Assembly (NCBI RefSeq): GCF_003918875.1
Contig: NW_025765431.1
Span: forward strand, 62,001-126,000
Reading direction: 5' to 3'
DNA length: 64,000 nucleotides
DNA from: Haliotis rubra
Lineage: Eukaryota
How positions within the stretch are numbered: the stretch's first letter is position 1; each line of letters begins with the position of its first letter. Positions 62,330 to 64,000 of this stretch are shown piece after piece. The notes beneath the pieces were generated by a model. It was not told the DNA's origin, did not search any database, and saw only the letters and a program-made list of their open reading frames with translations. The translations under genes were made by a program, and so were the position numbers.

Positions 62330-64000
62330 TTAATTTAACTTGCCTTAGAGCTGCAACTTTTAACATTAATATTATATATTATGACTTCTTGTTTTTTTTC
62401 CAAAGAACTCATAATGACTACAAATCATTAAGTAGAACTTCAATTCTGCTCTCAAACAATACAGTAATAGGAATATAATGTATGTCATTATTTCCACATT
62501 TATCAACAATTCATGCATTGAGAATACATTTATTTTACAGTTTGTATCTTTACAACTACAACTCGTTGGAGGATCCAAGGGGGGTTCAAGGGGTTCGAAC
62601 CCACCCCACCCCCATTGAAAATTCCTGGTATCTGTGTAAGTGTATCTGTTGGCTCAGAATACTTAATTAAAGTAGGACTTGTTAACTCATACAAACAGTA
62701 CACGTGTCCTGCATAACTGTTCAAATTCTGTAGCCAGCAACCAATGCTGACAGACGACTTAGTGGATTGGGTGGCCACGCTCGCTGACGTGGTTATTTCC
62801 GTGGCATCGTATCATGATGACGTTGGTCACTGCTCACAGTATCGGTGACTGGATTGTCTGGTTCCGTCGCGATCACTCACAGGTCGCTGTCATATAAAAC
62901 AAACAATAAAGAGTCATATTATATACATATTTTTAATATTTCCCCAACAAATCCGTACACCAGACTTTTATTATAGATTTGCTTTATTCGTAAAGCATCA
63001 GTGTGTAATGATTCTGTTTTATACAGGAAAACATGCCACTGATGATGTGTCTGTTATAAAACCCATTTAAAATATATTAATAAAACAGCTCACCTGAGAT
63101 TCATAATGACAGTGTTGGCTCATGAGTTACGTAAAGACAAATTACAAAGTTTATATATTCCAATTATGATGACACCAATTGTCCAGTTTTGATTTTGTTT
63201 TAAACATATTTCATTCATGAGAAAATGATTGGTACAACTTAAACGACTTAGAACACCCTCTCCTCGGTATTTACATATTTAAATCCTATTTACATTCTTT
63301 ATACAAGATGGACAGAAAAGAACAGAAAGATGGGAAACAGTGGAACAATTTCAAGAATTAAAAGAATCATTTTGGCTGTGAAATACTAGTATATGTCTGA
63401 ACAATTTTAAATATGTTTTGATTTATGCGAACAGTCAGATCTGCATTGCCATGTAATAGTAACTCATAATTTATATTCATATTGGTAACACTGCGTAAAT
63501 TCATCAGGATGGCAGTTTTCTGTGCAGTATATATAATTAACGCTCAAACAGGTAATGATAAGAATTTTCACAAACATTTCCACAAGGACAACTTGGGTTA
63601 TGTTTTATACCAACACAGAATAGATCATAATTCAACTGACTACACATGTAACGTAGTTTTGTAAGGATGATGTTAGCGTTTCCAGTTTATGGTATCTGTA
63701 AATAAAATATATAGATAATAGAATGTTCAATAAACAACCCTCTTGGTTCTCCAAACAAGTCAAACGCATCGTTGATGATTATATGAATGGTGTCTTTTGT
63801 CAAAGGGAGGGCGGGTAACTCTTGTTGGACTCTGCACATAGGCGAGAGGGCGCTGATTGAGGATCCGTTTGTGTCAACGTGACTGTGGTTCTTCTATTTC
63901 ACCTTTCGGGCGTTTGTTTAAGGTGTCAACCATTTCGCCGATCCCTCCCCAACAGTGACACGATCTGACGTAAGTTACAACACAGTTTCCGAAAGCAGTG

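Larger units (their letters stand above)
51091..62736 (+). repeat. Tandem segmental duplication, unit B
   Basis: Direct repeat of unit A with many indels; junction reads ...tgtagcca-aatgat-catgcgtgtg... Confidence 0.9.

Overview
Eukaryotic, AT-rich, intron-containing DNA. The repeat landscape is typical of a mollusc, probably a gastropod such as abalone (inferred from recognised SINE types, not proven). Genes rebuilt by hand from GT-AG splice sites: (1) two tandem minus-strand three-finger (Ly6/uPAR, quiver-like) genes, one complete (14636-10839) and one running off the left edge (7644-598 and beyond); (2) a six-exon SDR9C-type short-chain dehydrogenase (20639-35294, +) with an apparent 1-nt frameshift in an A5 run of exon 1; it carries an antisense class A GPCR in intron 1 and a ~4.4 kb 53-bp satellite in intron 4; (3) two C1GALT1/T-synthase-like (GT31) genes in a head-to-tail segmental duplication (37450-51084 and 51091-62736), whose amino-acid differences cluster at active-site motifs. 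The rest is mobile DNA: a decayed PIF/Harbinger transposon, several MITEs, a LINE 3' relic and at least four SINE-like families. The most unusual signals are a tRNA-less retroposon whose 5' end is a covariation-supported pseudoknot (candidate ribozyme, also found tandemly amplified), a 3' stem-loop shared with compensatory changes by four families, the active-site divergence of the C1GALT1 duplicates, and an inverted templated insertion apparently primed through SINE homology. All comparisons were made by eye; no database search or folding program was run.
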